64,000 nt of DNA from Octopus sinensis (lineage: Eukaryota). This document shows positions 40,724 through 52,920 of the stretch, one piece after another. The notes under the pieces were generated by a model. The model worked only from the letters and a program-made list of their open reading frames with translations, did not search any database and was not told the DNA's origin. Location of the stretch: NCBI RefSeq assembly GCF_006345805.1, contig NC_043013.1, positions 3,286,001-3,350,000 on the forward strand, read 5' to 3'. The position numbers and the translations under genes were made by a program. The first letter of the stretch is position 1; every line of letters starts with the position of its first letter.

Positions 40724-41092
40724 AAAGATTTTTGCCAACATAATATGGCAGTTCTGGTTTAGGAAGGATGTGCTGTAATTTGGCCCCATGAGACATCGTC
40801 TCCAGCTAGCTATACGACACGATCTGAGTCCTTATATTTTCGAACAAGGGAATCTAGCACCCCCTCCCCACTCAGCTCAAAACAATATCTGTGTATCGCG
40901 ATTTTCGGGTTATTTCCCGATACACAGATATTGTTTTGAGCTGAATGGGGAGGGGGTGCTAGATTCCCTTGTTCGAAAATTAAGGACTCAGATCGTGTCG
41001 TATAGCCAGCTGGAGACGATGTCTCCTGGGGCCAAATTACAGCAACATCCTTCCTAAACCAGAACTGCCATATTATGTTGGCAAAAATCTTT
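40724..41092. mobile_element. Long foldback element (about 175-bp arms, about 19-nt spacer), MITE-like
   Basis: Near-perfect palindrome with a few substitutions; no TSD recognised. Confidence 0.85.
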
Positions 41093-41211
41093 TCTCCAAA
41101 GTACTGTTGCAGAATATCACTTGTTGTGAGATTTAAAAATAGTAATTTTCCATTCTCGGTGCATTTTCAACTTCTATTTCTCCTATATTTCTACCTGTGG
41201 AATAAAATAAC

Positions 41212-41249
<38 letters not shown>

Positions 41250-41339
41250 TAGGCTTAAGAAATAATACCTGGGTTCGATTTGACGACTAAAATCCTTCAA
41301 AGCAGTGCTCCAGTAGTAACAGAATATAGACAGACAGAC

Positions 41340-41401
<62 letters not shown>

Positions 41402-41426
41402 GTAGACAGATAGATAGATAGATATG

Positions 41427-43203
41427 TTTCTTATTAGCCACACAGGGCTGCACACAGATAGAACAAATTACAAGGTAGATCTTTTCTTTTGAAGGTTTAA
41501 AAAAAAAAAAAAAAAAAAAAAAAAGGAAGGGGGAGTTCGATCAAAAGGGATCGTAAAAGGAGAGAAAGAGGACAAAAAAAGGGGGGGTTTAAAAAAAAAA
41601 AGGGGGGAGAGGAAAAAAAATTGATCAATAGGGATCGTTATCACAGAAATGTCAATATGAAGTGTAAAGGGGAGGACAGGTGAGGTTTACCCGTGGAAAG
41701 AAAGCCTACGGAAAAGACCACGGTAACCTCGGTCAATGAAGTCACATTTTATATTTCTTTTTTTTTTTTTTTTTTCAAATAAGCAACTCTCTGTTTTCGA
41801 TTTCTGGGTTCATAGGACTATGCTCAAGGTGGCTTCGTCATTCATACGTGCCATTCTGCTACATTCACCCATCTTTTTTAAAACATTCGCTAGACAAAAC
41901 TTGCCTCTCTACTCTCACTTTCCTTTTCAAGTGGTACTTGAAGAAGTTGATGAGAGATTGACCAGAGAGGAAAGTGTTTGTCTCCAATCCTTTCAGACGC
42001 GTCCACCAGATACATTATTTCGCCATAGCCACAAGGATGATGAAAATAGCTCTTCCTTCCCGTTTGAAGGAAGGAGGCGTGACAATATTGACGATAGACT
42101 CAGCTGATAACCGACTCGTCCCACACGTGACAGCAGTTGTTCGACATAAGCCCACAGGTCGGAAATTGTTGGACCTGGACGAGTGCGTGCAGAACGGTTT
42201 CGTCGCTCTGACCGCATCTCGGGCAGGTCGGCCCCGTGTTTCTCGAGCCGTGTCTGTAGAGCTTATCCCGAACGGGTAGCGCTTCTCGGTAGCACTGCCA
42301 GGCCAGGGATCTCTGGAAGTTGTCCATGGGCCCTGGCCGAAAGTCGTCCGAACAGGCGGGTCAGGTACTCCTCGTCGACGTCCAGGTTCGCCCCGAGCTC
42401 GTCGTCGTACCTCCCCTCCACTAAACCCCTATAGAATGCTTTGGTTGTGTTGAAGTCACTTAAGGTCGACCCAGGACGGCAGAGTTGCTTGAGAGCAACG
42501 CGACACTCGCGGTGCCATTCGCCCTTCCTCGGCCTCTTTTTGATCCACGACTGCAGTTCGGTCATGGAGACGAGCTGCGGGAAGCGTGCCTCACAAACGG
42601 CGACCACACCTGTTCACCGTCGTCTACATAGAGCCAGAGATGTCGCAGTCTCAGCGCGTGTCTGCGCATCATCAACCACGGCATGCCCAGCCCTCCTTTT
42701 AACGGTGTTGACAGCAAATGGATCGCCTGACCATCGGGACGCATCCTTTCCACAAGAAGCGAAAGAGGATGCGTTGTAGTTTGGTGATGGTAGGGTCGGG
42801 ACAAGGTACGGCGGTCAGGCGTAGTAGATGACGGACGCGATGTACGTGTTCGCCACCTCCGCTCGACCTTTTAGGGACAGTTTCCTCTCGGCCCATTGCC
42901 GGGCGAGAGTGACCACCCTACTCGTTATCTCGTTCCAGTTCTTCTCCACTTGGAGGTCCGGACCAAACCAGACCCCGAGCAACTCAACCGGGCCGTCGGT
43001 CCAGCGTCCCACGACGGAGGCGCTGGGGACGGCATGGGATTGCTTCTTCCAGGTGCCTAGTCGCAAGCCCACTGACTTTTCCCGTTGATTTTTCGCGCTC
43101 CTGTCACCGCTTCGTAGTTTTTTCAGTGTCTCGCCGACCCGCTCGATGTGCTCGTGGCTAGACACTATGACGGTGACGTCGTCCGCGTATGCAGACACGC
43201 TCG
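41427..43203 (-). mobile_element. 5'-truncated Tx1/L1-clade LINE, lightly decayed
   Basis: [48 protein letters not shown] and the zinc-binding CPRCGQSDETVLHAL motif; T-rich 3' UTR ending tgtgtggctaataagaaa; (GATA)n on both flanks. Confidence 0.93.
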
Positions 43204-43392
<189 letters not shown>

Positions 43393-43804
43393 TGACAGTC
43401 ACGTTCCTATACACAGGCCTAAGGAACGAAGCAGCATTTATAAGTGGTCTAACATAAAGCACCTTAGACGTCGTTCCATCCATCTTTAACTTATCAAGCA
43501 GCGTGTCTGAACACAAGGCAAATGAGTGCGAGAGAATTGATTGGGAAGAAACGGAATATAAGAACCGACGCAAAGAGATTGCTAAGTAATTAATACATTC
43601 TCAGCTGAAGTGCATGTGCAACACCTACAGAAAAAAGCACACATCTGTATGCATGGAAGTGCAGAAATAGCGTGCAATTTAGTAAGAGTGCGTGAAGAAC
43701 GTGAATTGTTGTATGCCTTGTGTAGGGGATACTTCGTAGCCATTACATATATCCCCCCCCTGTTTATTTCTAGCATTCTGTTGGTTCGGTTATTTTTATT
43801 CATG

Positions 43805-43841
<37 letters not shown>

Positions 43842-44039
43842 GTGTGTGTGTGTGTTGTGTGTGTGTGTGTGTGGTGCGTGTGGTAAACGAGGTTACAGTA
43901 TTTTTCTGAGAAATGCAGTTGCAAAAAATATTCGTGAAGTGTATACATGCGTATAACGTTGCCACACATAGACAAGCATAAATGTGGTATGTGTGTATGT
44001 ATATGCACATACACACACACACACGCACAACACACACAC

Positions 44040-44078
<39 letters not shown>

Positions 44079-44137
44079 AACTAATTTAAGCATACATGTA
44101 TATGTTTGGATGTAAATAAACATATATACACCTCACA

Positions 44138-44194
<57 letters not shown>

Positions 44195-44285
44195 ACACAC
44201 ACATGAACTAATTAAAGCATATATGTATATGTTTGGATGTAAATAAACATATATACACACTCACACACACACACACACACACACG

Positions 44286-44323
<38 letters not shown>

Positions 44324-44470
44324 TGAACTAATTTAAGCGTATATGTATACGTTTGGATGTAAATAAATATATATACACACTCACACACACACACACATGA
44401 AGTAATTTAAGCATATATGTTTATGTCTGGATGTAAATAAATATATATACACACTCACACACTCACACAC
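44040..44470. repeat. Compound minisatellite: about 55-bp unique core plus variable (CA)n, 4 copies
   Basis: atgaactaatttaagcatatatgtatatgtttggatgtaaataaacatatatacac at about 44076, 44203, 44323 and 44397. Confidence 0.92.
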
Positions 44471-44779
44471 ACACATACATAATACATATATACATATACG
44501 AACGCAAATACATGTTCATGTATGTTTTCCCATGTGTATATACACAATTTGTGAGCACTGTGTGAGATAGATATTCACAAACACAGGCGCGTGCACTGGA
44601 ATATTGCGAGATTAGATAACTGACAAAAATATCCAGTAGTGTCCCAAAGTCGAAGACAGCATTGCAAGATCTGATCTCATATGGCACTATATTGTAATAA
44701 AAAGTAATGTAATTCTTGAAGATATTCCAAATTCTCTTTCCTTACTATAACAATGATAACAACAAAGAGCTAGTCTCAT

Positions 44780-45310
44780 GAACCTGCTAGAAATAGCTGC
44801 CAAGTTTCACTTAAATCACACCCTAGCGCAGTATGAAAAGATACATTGGATAAGGATGTTCTAAAGACATTACATCTGAACAAAAGAAAACTTGATTATA
44901 GTTTGAACGCTTTTGGCTATCGATCTGCCTGATCACGACGGACCTAGGGCAAACTAATAAAAAGAATTACAACAACATCAACAGATCGACAACTACAATA
45001 ACAACAGCAAATAGAAACAAAAAATAGCAACAGCAACCGTAGCGACAGTAGCAACGAGTACAACAAAATCTGCCTCAAGAAGTTCAACAGCAATAGCAGA
45101 ACCAGCAGCGTCGATATCAGCTACACGTCATGCTATTAAACCAATGAAAGAACCTCTATAAGGTTTCTGATCTGATATATATAGCAGCCAAATTTCGCCC
45201 CAACCACGCCCTTATATCTCAAAATAGCAAGGTGACACTGAACAAAGTAGTTCTCTAAACATAAAAAGACAAGACAATCATGATTAACGCGAGGGCTGGC
45301 TGAACAGCAA
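44780..45310. repeat. Two copies of repeat family C
   Basis: ctagaaatagctgccaag..aaatcacaccct at about 44785 and atagcagccaaattt..aaccacgccct at about 45180. Confidence 0.55.
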
Positions 45311-45464
45311 GGTAGTCCTCGGTACTCTGTGTTTTACAAATGATGGAATGGTTTGGATTCGAGCGAGTTTTGATCATTTATATCAGCTAGTAAATCCCTT
45401 TGTTTTTCGATGGTTTTGTAAGCAACAATACTCGCAAGCACAACCCCATGACAATTATATCTCT

Positions 45465-45885
45465 GTTACTCTTTACTCTTTTACTCTTTTACTTGTTTCA
45501 GTCATTTGACTGCGGCCATGCTGGAGCACCGCCTTTAGTCGAGCAGATCGACCCTGGGACTTATTCTTTGTAAGCCCAGTACTTATTCTGTCGGTCTCTT
45601 TTTGCCGAACCGCTAAGTGACGGGGACATAAACATACCAGCATCGGTTGTCAAGCAATGCTAGGGGGACAAACACAGACACACAAACACACACTCATACA
45701 TATATATACATGTATACGACAGGCTTCTTTCAGTTTCCGTCTACCAAATCCACTCACAAGGCATTGGTCAGCCCGGGGCTATAGCAGAAGACACTTGCCC
45801 AAGATGCCACGCAGTGGGACTGAACCCGGAACCATGTGGTTGGTTAGCAAGCTACTTACCACATAGCTACTCCTGCGCCTATATA
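45465..45885 (-). mobile_element. SINE family A, full length, well preserved
   Basis: Near-identical reverse complement of 52510-52920; (ctttta)n tail. Confidence 0.92.
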
Positions 45886-45911
45886 TAAAATATAATACAT
45901 AAATGCAACTC

Positions 45912-46255
45912 TACAAGCATACACGGTGGCTGCAAACTCATGTTCGACTATTGCCATCACGTGATCGAAGGTCTCAGCTACTACGACCAGCCATTTTTGT
46001 GATAGGTCTTACATTTTTTCAAGCGATACCTGTGCATGATATTTTTTTATTGTGGAAAAAGGATTTGCACAAATCCAATCCCACTCTCTGAACCTGGATA
46101 ACATAAACTCGAAAAGAAGAACTAGTCTACATCATCGAATATTGTCAGTGTTGCAGGTTTTCTTTCAGAGTTTCCCTCTCCTAGACAGAGGGGCCTTCCA
46201 GTGGGCCAGCCGCGCCCCTGGACACCAACCCAGGAATTTCCACATTCCTGTGCAT
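45912..46255. repeat. Dispersed two-module repeat (Y forward, X forward)
   Basis: Homologous to 28598-28945 with one module in the opposite orientation. Confidence 0.75.
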
Positions 46256-46484
46256 ACATACATGCATACATACACATGTACACATATTGTTGGATGACCG
46301 TTGACTGCTCATGAGCTCTTCCGCCTTCCGACAGGTCATATTTTTTGTCCTGCAGGGTGTTCAACAGACACCCTCCTCACCAAGCAAGCTTGATGGGGTT
46401 CCCAGTTTAGTCACTGACGACCCGACCATCCAGCAGGTTCGCCCAAGAGGGACCTGACACACATACACATATTCACGCACACAG

Positions 46485-46515
<31 letters not shown>

Positions 46516-46685
46516 CGCACATATGTTTTTGCTCGAAATGAGGAGTTGACAGACAGCCGGCAACTGATGTAGGGTCGTTCTCTGTAACTTGTCCTGCTTT
46601 CCATTTTTTCCCTCGTTGTTTTCGTACTTCATGTTGTTTACACAGTTGGGTGACGTCCTGTACCCATATATGCATATGTGTATAC

Positions 46686-46719
<34 letters not shown>

Positions 46720-46841
46720 TATTTATATATATATATATATAATATATACTATATATATATATATATTATATATACCTAATGTAGGATAAAATTACTTGCT
46801 TTTTCCATGGGTATGAGTAAGTATTTCACTTATATCTCACG

Positions 46842-46907
46842 TATTTATCGCTGAAGAGGGGAAGTTCTATGAATTAACCCCGAAATTGGGACCAATACGG
46901 TAATAAA
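46842..46907 (+). ncRNA. Type I hammerhead ribozyme, canonical core
   Basis: Stem I TTATCG/CGGTAA, CTGAAGA at 46851, stem II GGGG/CCCC with inner AGTTC/GAATT, GAAA, stem III ATTGG-ga-CCAAT, AUA triplet with predicted cleavage after 46897; lies in a 255-bp module flanked by (TA)n. Confidence 0.85.
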
Positions 46908-48124
46908 GGATTTTTTTTAGAAATTTCTATCGGTTTGTTTCGAGACGCATAATTATAATGGTTATTGACAATTTTTGTCTTTTTTTTCGGCATATTTGGC
47001 ATTAGAATTTTTCTTTTGCTCTTATTTTGTAAATTATATATATATATATATTATATATATATATATATAATATATATATAAGATAATTCTTATATATATA
47101 TATATGCATGTATTCTATCAGTGATAATACAGTCACTCTTTGTGTTTAATAATATGTATGTATGTATTTATCTATTTTTTGTATTATTTTATTATTTTCC
47201 ATTATTGGACTACAGTCAAGCTTGGGCACCGCCCTCAAGGGTTTCAATCGATTATGTTCGCTCCAGTACTTATCTCAGCAATATATAATTATGGAATGGC
47301 TTAATATTACCTTTTCGATGAAAAGTTTTCTAATTTTGACGTACTGGTTTTCACTAGAATATAAGCAAACATAGACATTCAGAGATTAACATCAACATTC
47401 AGAAAGTCGTATTCCGAGTCAATTCTTTACTTGCCAATTACAACTAGTTCGTCACAAGCAAATGTATATTTCTGTCATTTACTTGAGTATCGGAACAATG
47501 AAAGATATGGCACTGCTGAAGACCTCACTTCAGTCAGTCTTTATCTTTTTTAATCCGTGCGCCGTGCTTAAAGAGCGACAGCTGCCACCGGTTGTTAAAA
47601 ACTGCGTCCCCGAAACCTCCGGATTGTGATTCCACCCAGACGCTCGCATATCGGCAACTGGGTGCCACTGACGACAAAGACCCCTTCATTCAGTCTTAAT
47701 CAATAAGGGACATGATTTGGCCCCAATCAAGCGATAACGCCACATTTTCCCATCCTTTGCATTCTCACACAATAAAGGACAAAACCAGAAATCTTAAATT
47801 ATTCTACATTCGTCCCAACTTATGAGCTTCTAGAACTTCAATTCTTTATAAAATATTAATGTCTCTTATTTTAAGTCCTCAAGTTTAGTCAACCAGTATT
47901 TATTAGTCATAGTAAGGATTATCTATTCAACAAAGGAAAATCTCAAGATTTTCGCGATATGTCAGCAAAATACCGAGTTGGTAAGGTGTTTGGAACCTTA
48001 CTGAAGATTCATGAGGTCGTATCTTCCGCTAGTTGTATGTAGTTGTGTTTGAATATAACGCCTTATTCTAGATTATTCTACTTGAATTGTCAGATATAAG
48101 AAATATTTGGCAATATTATCGATC

Positions 48125-48335
48125 TAAAGCAGCAAGCTGGCCGAATCGTTAGCACGCCGGACAAAATGCTTAGCGTATTTTGTCTATCTCTACTTCTGAG
48201 TACAAATTAAGCCGAGGTCGATTTTCCCGTTTATCCTTACGTTGTCGATAAAATAAGTACCACTTAAGAATTGGGGTCGATGTAATCGGTTTACTCCCTC
48301 CGCCAAAATTGCTGGCTTTGCGCCAAATTTCGATC
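48125..48335 (+). mobile_element. SINE family B, decayed
   Basis: gagctggccgaatcgttagcacgccggacaaaatgcttagcg-like head and core. Confidence 0.8.
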
Positions 48336-48696
48336 TGTCCACTGGTATTGCTTATAGTTATTGGCTTTTAAATCATCCTCTTCATGCTATGAAAGAAAAC
48401 AGCCAAGCGTCGGCTACCAACGAGAACCGCTTGAAACATGGGAAGCCACCACCAACATCAATCAAACGTAGATAAGCACTGCAAGTATAGAAAACAAGCT
48501 GAATGCTGTTGTTGAACGGGCATGTCGTTACCATCGTGCCTTTATTGCATAATTTATCAAGACCTACTGCCCTGTCATTATTTAAGAGAGTAGGGTTATC
48601 TGAGGGAGATTTGGTTTCTATTTATTGCGGGTTGAGCAACTGTGTAGCAGTCTTTGTCTCTTGTCTGGAAAATTGAATGTTTCTTTAAAATTTTCT

Positions 48697-48981
48697 GTGG
48701 TTTTATACTGTCAACTTAACGTGACAGTCCTGTAAGGGAATTACCTCACCGTTGTTTAGCCCTAGGAAGCATCGACGCTTCCTGTCGGCCTTGACACATT
48801 TCCTGTGTCCTTATATATTTACGAAGGGGAGACAAATACCCCCAACAGTTGTCTCCCCTTCATAAATATATAAGGACACAGGAAATGTGTCGAGGCCGAC
48901 AGGAAGCGTCGATGCTTCCTAGGGCTAAACAGTGGCGGTGTAATCCCCTACTGTCACGTTAAGTTGACAGTATACAACCAC
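48697..48981. mobile_element. Long foldback element (about 139-bp arms, 13-nt spacer), MITE-like
   Basis: Inner about 80 bp nearly perfect, outer part with indels; spacer atacccccaacag. Confidence 0.85.
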
Positions 48982-49276
48982 TCTATCGCTCCACCACCGT
49001 ACACATCTCTATGTGTGTGAGCATGTTTGCATTGTGGTAGAAACGCATCAAAATGTTCGCAACAATCTCGTGTTAGCGGTGTGTAGAGTTGTAGAAATGT
49101 CTGTTTAAGCATAAGGAATACAATGATTACAATTCCGTACAAAAGTCTCATCGGACCCGTTGCTGGATGCAGCGGACCAAGAGACCGAAGAAGCAAAATT
49201 GTAATCGGAAATCTAATAGCAGTTTATTCCACACTACATTAAAAGATATATATATATATATATTATATATATATAT

Positions 49277-49450
49277 AGGCAGAGGTCAGGCTATGTGGTA
49301 AGAAACTTGCTTCCCATCCACATCGTTTAGGGTTCAATCCCATCAGTCCCACTGCGGGGCACCTTGAGCAAGTGTCTTCTACTATAGCCTCGGGTCGACC
49401 AAAGCCTTATGAGTGGATTTGGTAGACGGAAACTGAAAGAAGCTCATCAT
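49277..49450 (+). mobile_element. SINE family A, 5' half
   Basis: ggctatgtggtaagaaacttgc..ggcaccttgagcaagtgtcttctactatagcc. Confidence 0.82.
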
Positions 49451-49469
49451 ATATATATATATATATCCT

Positions 49470-50892
49470 GCACATACAACTCTGAAATGTCAGTTTCGAC
49501 CTCCTCCTGGCTTGATTCTGTAAACTACGAAACAAATGGTAGTCTGAAGGAGCAAGGTCGGGAGAATAAGGTGGATGAGGGATTTTTTCCCAACCAAGCT
49601 CTTCGATCTTCTGTGATGTGATCTTTGCAGTGTGGGGTCGCATATTGTCTTGATGAAACATCACTCCTTTTTGATTCACTAAAGCTGATCTTTTTTCCTT
49701 CAAAGCTTGGTTCAAACGCTCTAATTGCTGACAGTAGACTTGAGCATTGATTGTTGCATTAGGTGGTAACAATTCAAAGTGAATTACTCCTTTGCAATCC
49801 CACCTGATAGAGAGAAGAACCTTTTTTTCATGAAGTTCCCTTCTTGGTTGTGGTGGTGCTTTTTCCTTTTTAGCAGCCATTCTTTACTCTTTTACATGTT
49901 TCAATCATTTGACAGAGGCCATGCTGGAGCATCGCCTTTAGTCGAGTAAATCTACCACAGGACTTATTCTTTGTAAGCCTAGTACTTATCCTATCGGTAT
50001 CTTTTGCACAACCGCTAAGTAACGAGGACGTAAACACACCAGCATCAGTTGTTAAGCGATGTTGGGGGGACAAACTTAGACACACAAACATATACACACA
50101 CATATATATACACATATATATAATGGGTTTCTTTCAGTTTCCGTCTACCAAATCCACTCACAAGGCTTTGGTTGGCCCGAGGCTATAGTAAAAGACTACT
50201 TACCACACAGCCTACGCCACTGTTTACGACGTTTAACATTTCGATAGAAGATCCATTTTTCGTCACCAGTCACAAGTCTATCCAAAAAGGGTGAAATTAG
50301 TTCGCGAGAATAGAGAGAAGTGCAGATGTCAACTCGGGATTTGCGGTTGCTTTCCGACAATTCATGAGGCACCCATTTTCCAAGTTTAGGAACCTTTCCA
50401 AGTTGTTGAAGATGACAATGAACAGTTGTATGGTTTGTTTGCCAATTCTTCAACTGATAATGTAGGGTTTTCTTCAAGTAATGCCTGAAGGAGCTTATCA
50501 TCAAACTCAACTGGACGTCCTGTTCGATCTTCATCTTCAAAGCTGAAATCTCCACTTCTGAATTTCGCAAACCATCTTCTGCAAGTTCTTTCATTCAAGC
50601 ATTCTTTCTCATAAGCTGAGTGTATGTTTCGAGTCGCTTCGGCTGCAGACTTTCCATTTTTTTACTCATAAAGCATTATCTGCTTCAAATGCTGTTTGGA
50701 TACTTCCATGTTAGAAAGGGTTTTAATCAAAGAAATTTTAATTCTATTATTCTGTAAAATAATATTTAATTAGTTTAAATGTACACAAATGCATAAAAAC
50801 ATTTTTAATTCCATTTGATATTCTAAAATACTATTAAATTTCATTCAATTTTAAAAAAGGTAAAATCAGACAGAACTTATGGGATGACCTGA
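49470..50892 (-). mobile_element. Mariner (Hsmar1/SETMAR-like) transposon, interrupted and 3'-truncated
   Basis: 5' TIR tcaggtcatcccataag after TA; WFAKFRSGDFS, LGKWVPHELSE, RLVTGDEKW, MFHQDNMRPH and HPPYSPDLAPSDYHLFRSLQN motifs. Confidence 0.93.
49872..50214 (-). mobile_element. SINE family A inserted into the mariner ORF
   Basis: Splits KRRKQW from WLLKKEKAPPQP; carries an internal deletion in the head. Confidence 0.88.
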
Positions 50893-50904
50893 TATATATA
50901 TATC

Positions 50905-51030
50905 TTTTTTTAATAATTTTGATATATATTTAAAATAATATAAATTAATTAATCTTATGTATTGGCTTAAGTTTTTCATTGTATGATTTGCCTAATAGTG
51001 GTTTTATCTCTAATTTAATATAATATATAT
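50905..51030 (+). repeat. Dispersed copy of the tail downstream of the 38834 HHR
   Basis: aatcttatgtattggcttaagttttt..gcctaatagtg..atctctaatttaat is shared with 38905-39030; both end in (TA)n. Confidence 0.85.
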
Positions 51031-51036
51031 AGATGT

Positions 51037-51132
<96 letters not shown>

Positions 51133-51235
51133 AGGATGAAATCTATGTAAGAATTTATTAAGTAATCAGCATGAAAAAACAGTTGAGGGGAAAATTTATA
51201 CAAAATATATAATTAATTTATTCCCTTTTCAATAC

Positions 51236-51336
51236 ATTTATTATATTTAGGGCATTACTACACGTGAATACCTCACGTTATAAGGGACTCTTAGCGTGAT
51301 GCATTTACGTGTAGTAATGCACTTGATATAATAAAT
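51236..51336. repeat. Imperfect foldback hairpin
   Basis: GCATTACTACACGT / ACGTGTAGTAATGC (14 bp perfect) plus outer ATTTATTATAT / ATATAATAAAT. Confidence 0.8.
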
Positions 51337-51349
51337 ACATATATGTGTG

Positions 51350-51580
51350 GGTGGATGGGCTGTGTGTGTCTTTGTGTCTATGTTTATCCTCCCCTCACCA
51401 TCACTACTTGACGACCGGTGTTGGTGTGTTCACTAACGATTCTACAAAAAAGACCGTTAGGATAAGTACTACGCTTAAAAAATAAGTCTTAGGGTTAAGT
51501 TGTTCGGCTAAACCCCTTCAAGGCAGTACTCCAGTATGGTTGCATCTCAAATGACTGAAACAAGTAAAAGGAATAAAAGA
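51350..51580 (+). mobile_element. SINE family A, 3' half
   Basis: ctccagtatggttgcatctcaaatgactgaaacaagtaaaag tail. Confidence 0.8.
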
Positions 51581-51599
51581 AATGCCGGAATCTTATGAG

Positions 51600-51918
51600 A
51601 TTCCACCATTTGCTGCTGACGCGAAGACGACGCACGAGCGTTCAGCGTTTTTGCCGAACGACCTGCACAAATGATCTGTTTGTAGTGATCGAAGGAATGC
51701 GCTGTGCATTAACTCCCTCCCTCCCTCCATCAAATTGTCATTACCTGTGCAGGTGAACGGTGTACCACACGTCAGATGTCGAAGTGATTGGATCGGAGTG
51801 AAGCGTGAGCTGGAATGTTTTGCCCAAAAACACAACACGCCGCCTGGCCAGGGGATAGAACCCCTAATCTAGCGATCATGAGTGCAACAGCCTAACCACT
51901 AGGCCACGCGCCTTCACA
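51600..51918 (-). mobile_element. tRNA-derived SINE family D
   Basis: Head gtgaaggcgcgtggcctagtggttagg, gttctatccc B box, and CORE-like gtgtttttgggcaaaaca. Confidence 0.8.
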
Positions 51919-51948
51919 CACATGCAATACGTAGGAATGTGCGTCTGT

Positions 51949-51982
<34 letters not shown>

Positions 51983-51996
51983 ATATCTATATAGAT

Positions 51997-52035
<39 letters not shown>

Positions 52036-52071
52036 CACTAACGAAGAATTTTATCTCAATGAGCAGGTTCT

Positions 52072-52370
52072 GTGGAGGCACATGGCCTAGTGGTTAGAGC
52101 GGCGGACTCGCGGTCGAGGGATCGCGGGTTCGAATCTCAGACCAGACGATGTGTGTGTTTATGAGCGAAACACCTAAGCTCCACGCGGCTCCGGCAGAAG
52201 GTAATGGTGAAACTTCTGCTGACTCTTTCGCCACAACTTTCTCTCACTCTTTCCTCCTGCATTTTGAAGCTCACCTGCGACGGACCGGCGTCCCGTCCAG
52301 GTGTGAAAACCGGGAAACCGGTCCTTATGAGCCCGGCATGGCTCGAGAAGGAACAAACAACAACAGCAGG
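52072..52370 (+). mobile_element. tRNA-derived SINE (OR-like head, tail type 2)
   Basis: Head and body match 4620-5011 up to caactttctctcactctt, then the tail differs; ends in (aac)n. Confidence 0.85.
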
Positions 52371-52509
52371 TTCTCATGCATCTAATATACTGAACTGCAA
52401 AACTTCAGTCATCCAAACAACTAGTGGAAAAATGTTTAATTTTAAGAAAGTTTCAATGAATGTAGTTCAATAAGATCACTTGATCGAAATTCTTGGACAA
52501 TATAGACAA

Positions 52510-52920
52510 TAGGCGCAGGAGTGGCTGTGTGGTAAGTAGCTTGCTAGCCAACCACATAGTTCCGGGTTCAGTCCCACTGCGTGACATCTTGGGCAAGTAT
52601 CTTCTGCTATAGCCTCGGACCGACCAATGCCTTGTGAGTGGAATTGGTAGACGGAAACTGAAAGAAGCCTGTCGTATATATGTATATATATGGTGTGTGT
52701 GTGTGTGTGTGTTTGTGTCTGTGTTTGTCCCCCTAGCATTATTTGACAACCGATGCTGGTGTGTTTACGTCCCCGTCACATAGCGGTTCGGCAAAAGAGA
52801 CCGCTAGAATAAGTACTGGGCTTACAAAGAATAAATCCCGTGGTTGATTTGCTCGACTAAAGGCGGTGCTCCAGCATGGCCGCAGTCAAATGACTGAAAC
52901 AAGTAAAAGAGTGAAAGAGA
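52510..52920 (+). mobile_element. SINE family A, full length
   Basis: A box tggctgtgtggta, B box gggttcagtccc, central (TA)/(TG) tract, tail gaaacaagtaaaagag. Confidence 0.92.

Noticed and set aside
44040-44470. CRISPR-like repeat-spacer pattern
   Set aside because: Spacers are just (CA)n, the context is eukaryotic, and there are no cas genes.
47540-47760. Relatively GC-rich unique island as an exon or enhancer
   Set aside because: No convincing ORF with splice sites or recognisable motif; cannot be supported without conservation data.
52072-52145. tRNA gene calls at SINE heads (also 4940-5011, 51845-51918, 60158-60230)
   Set aside because: Cloverleaves are incomplete and each continues into a shared SINE body and tail.
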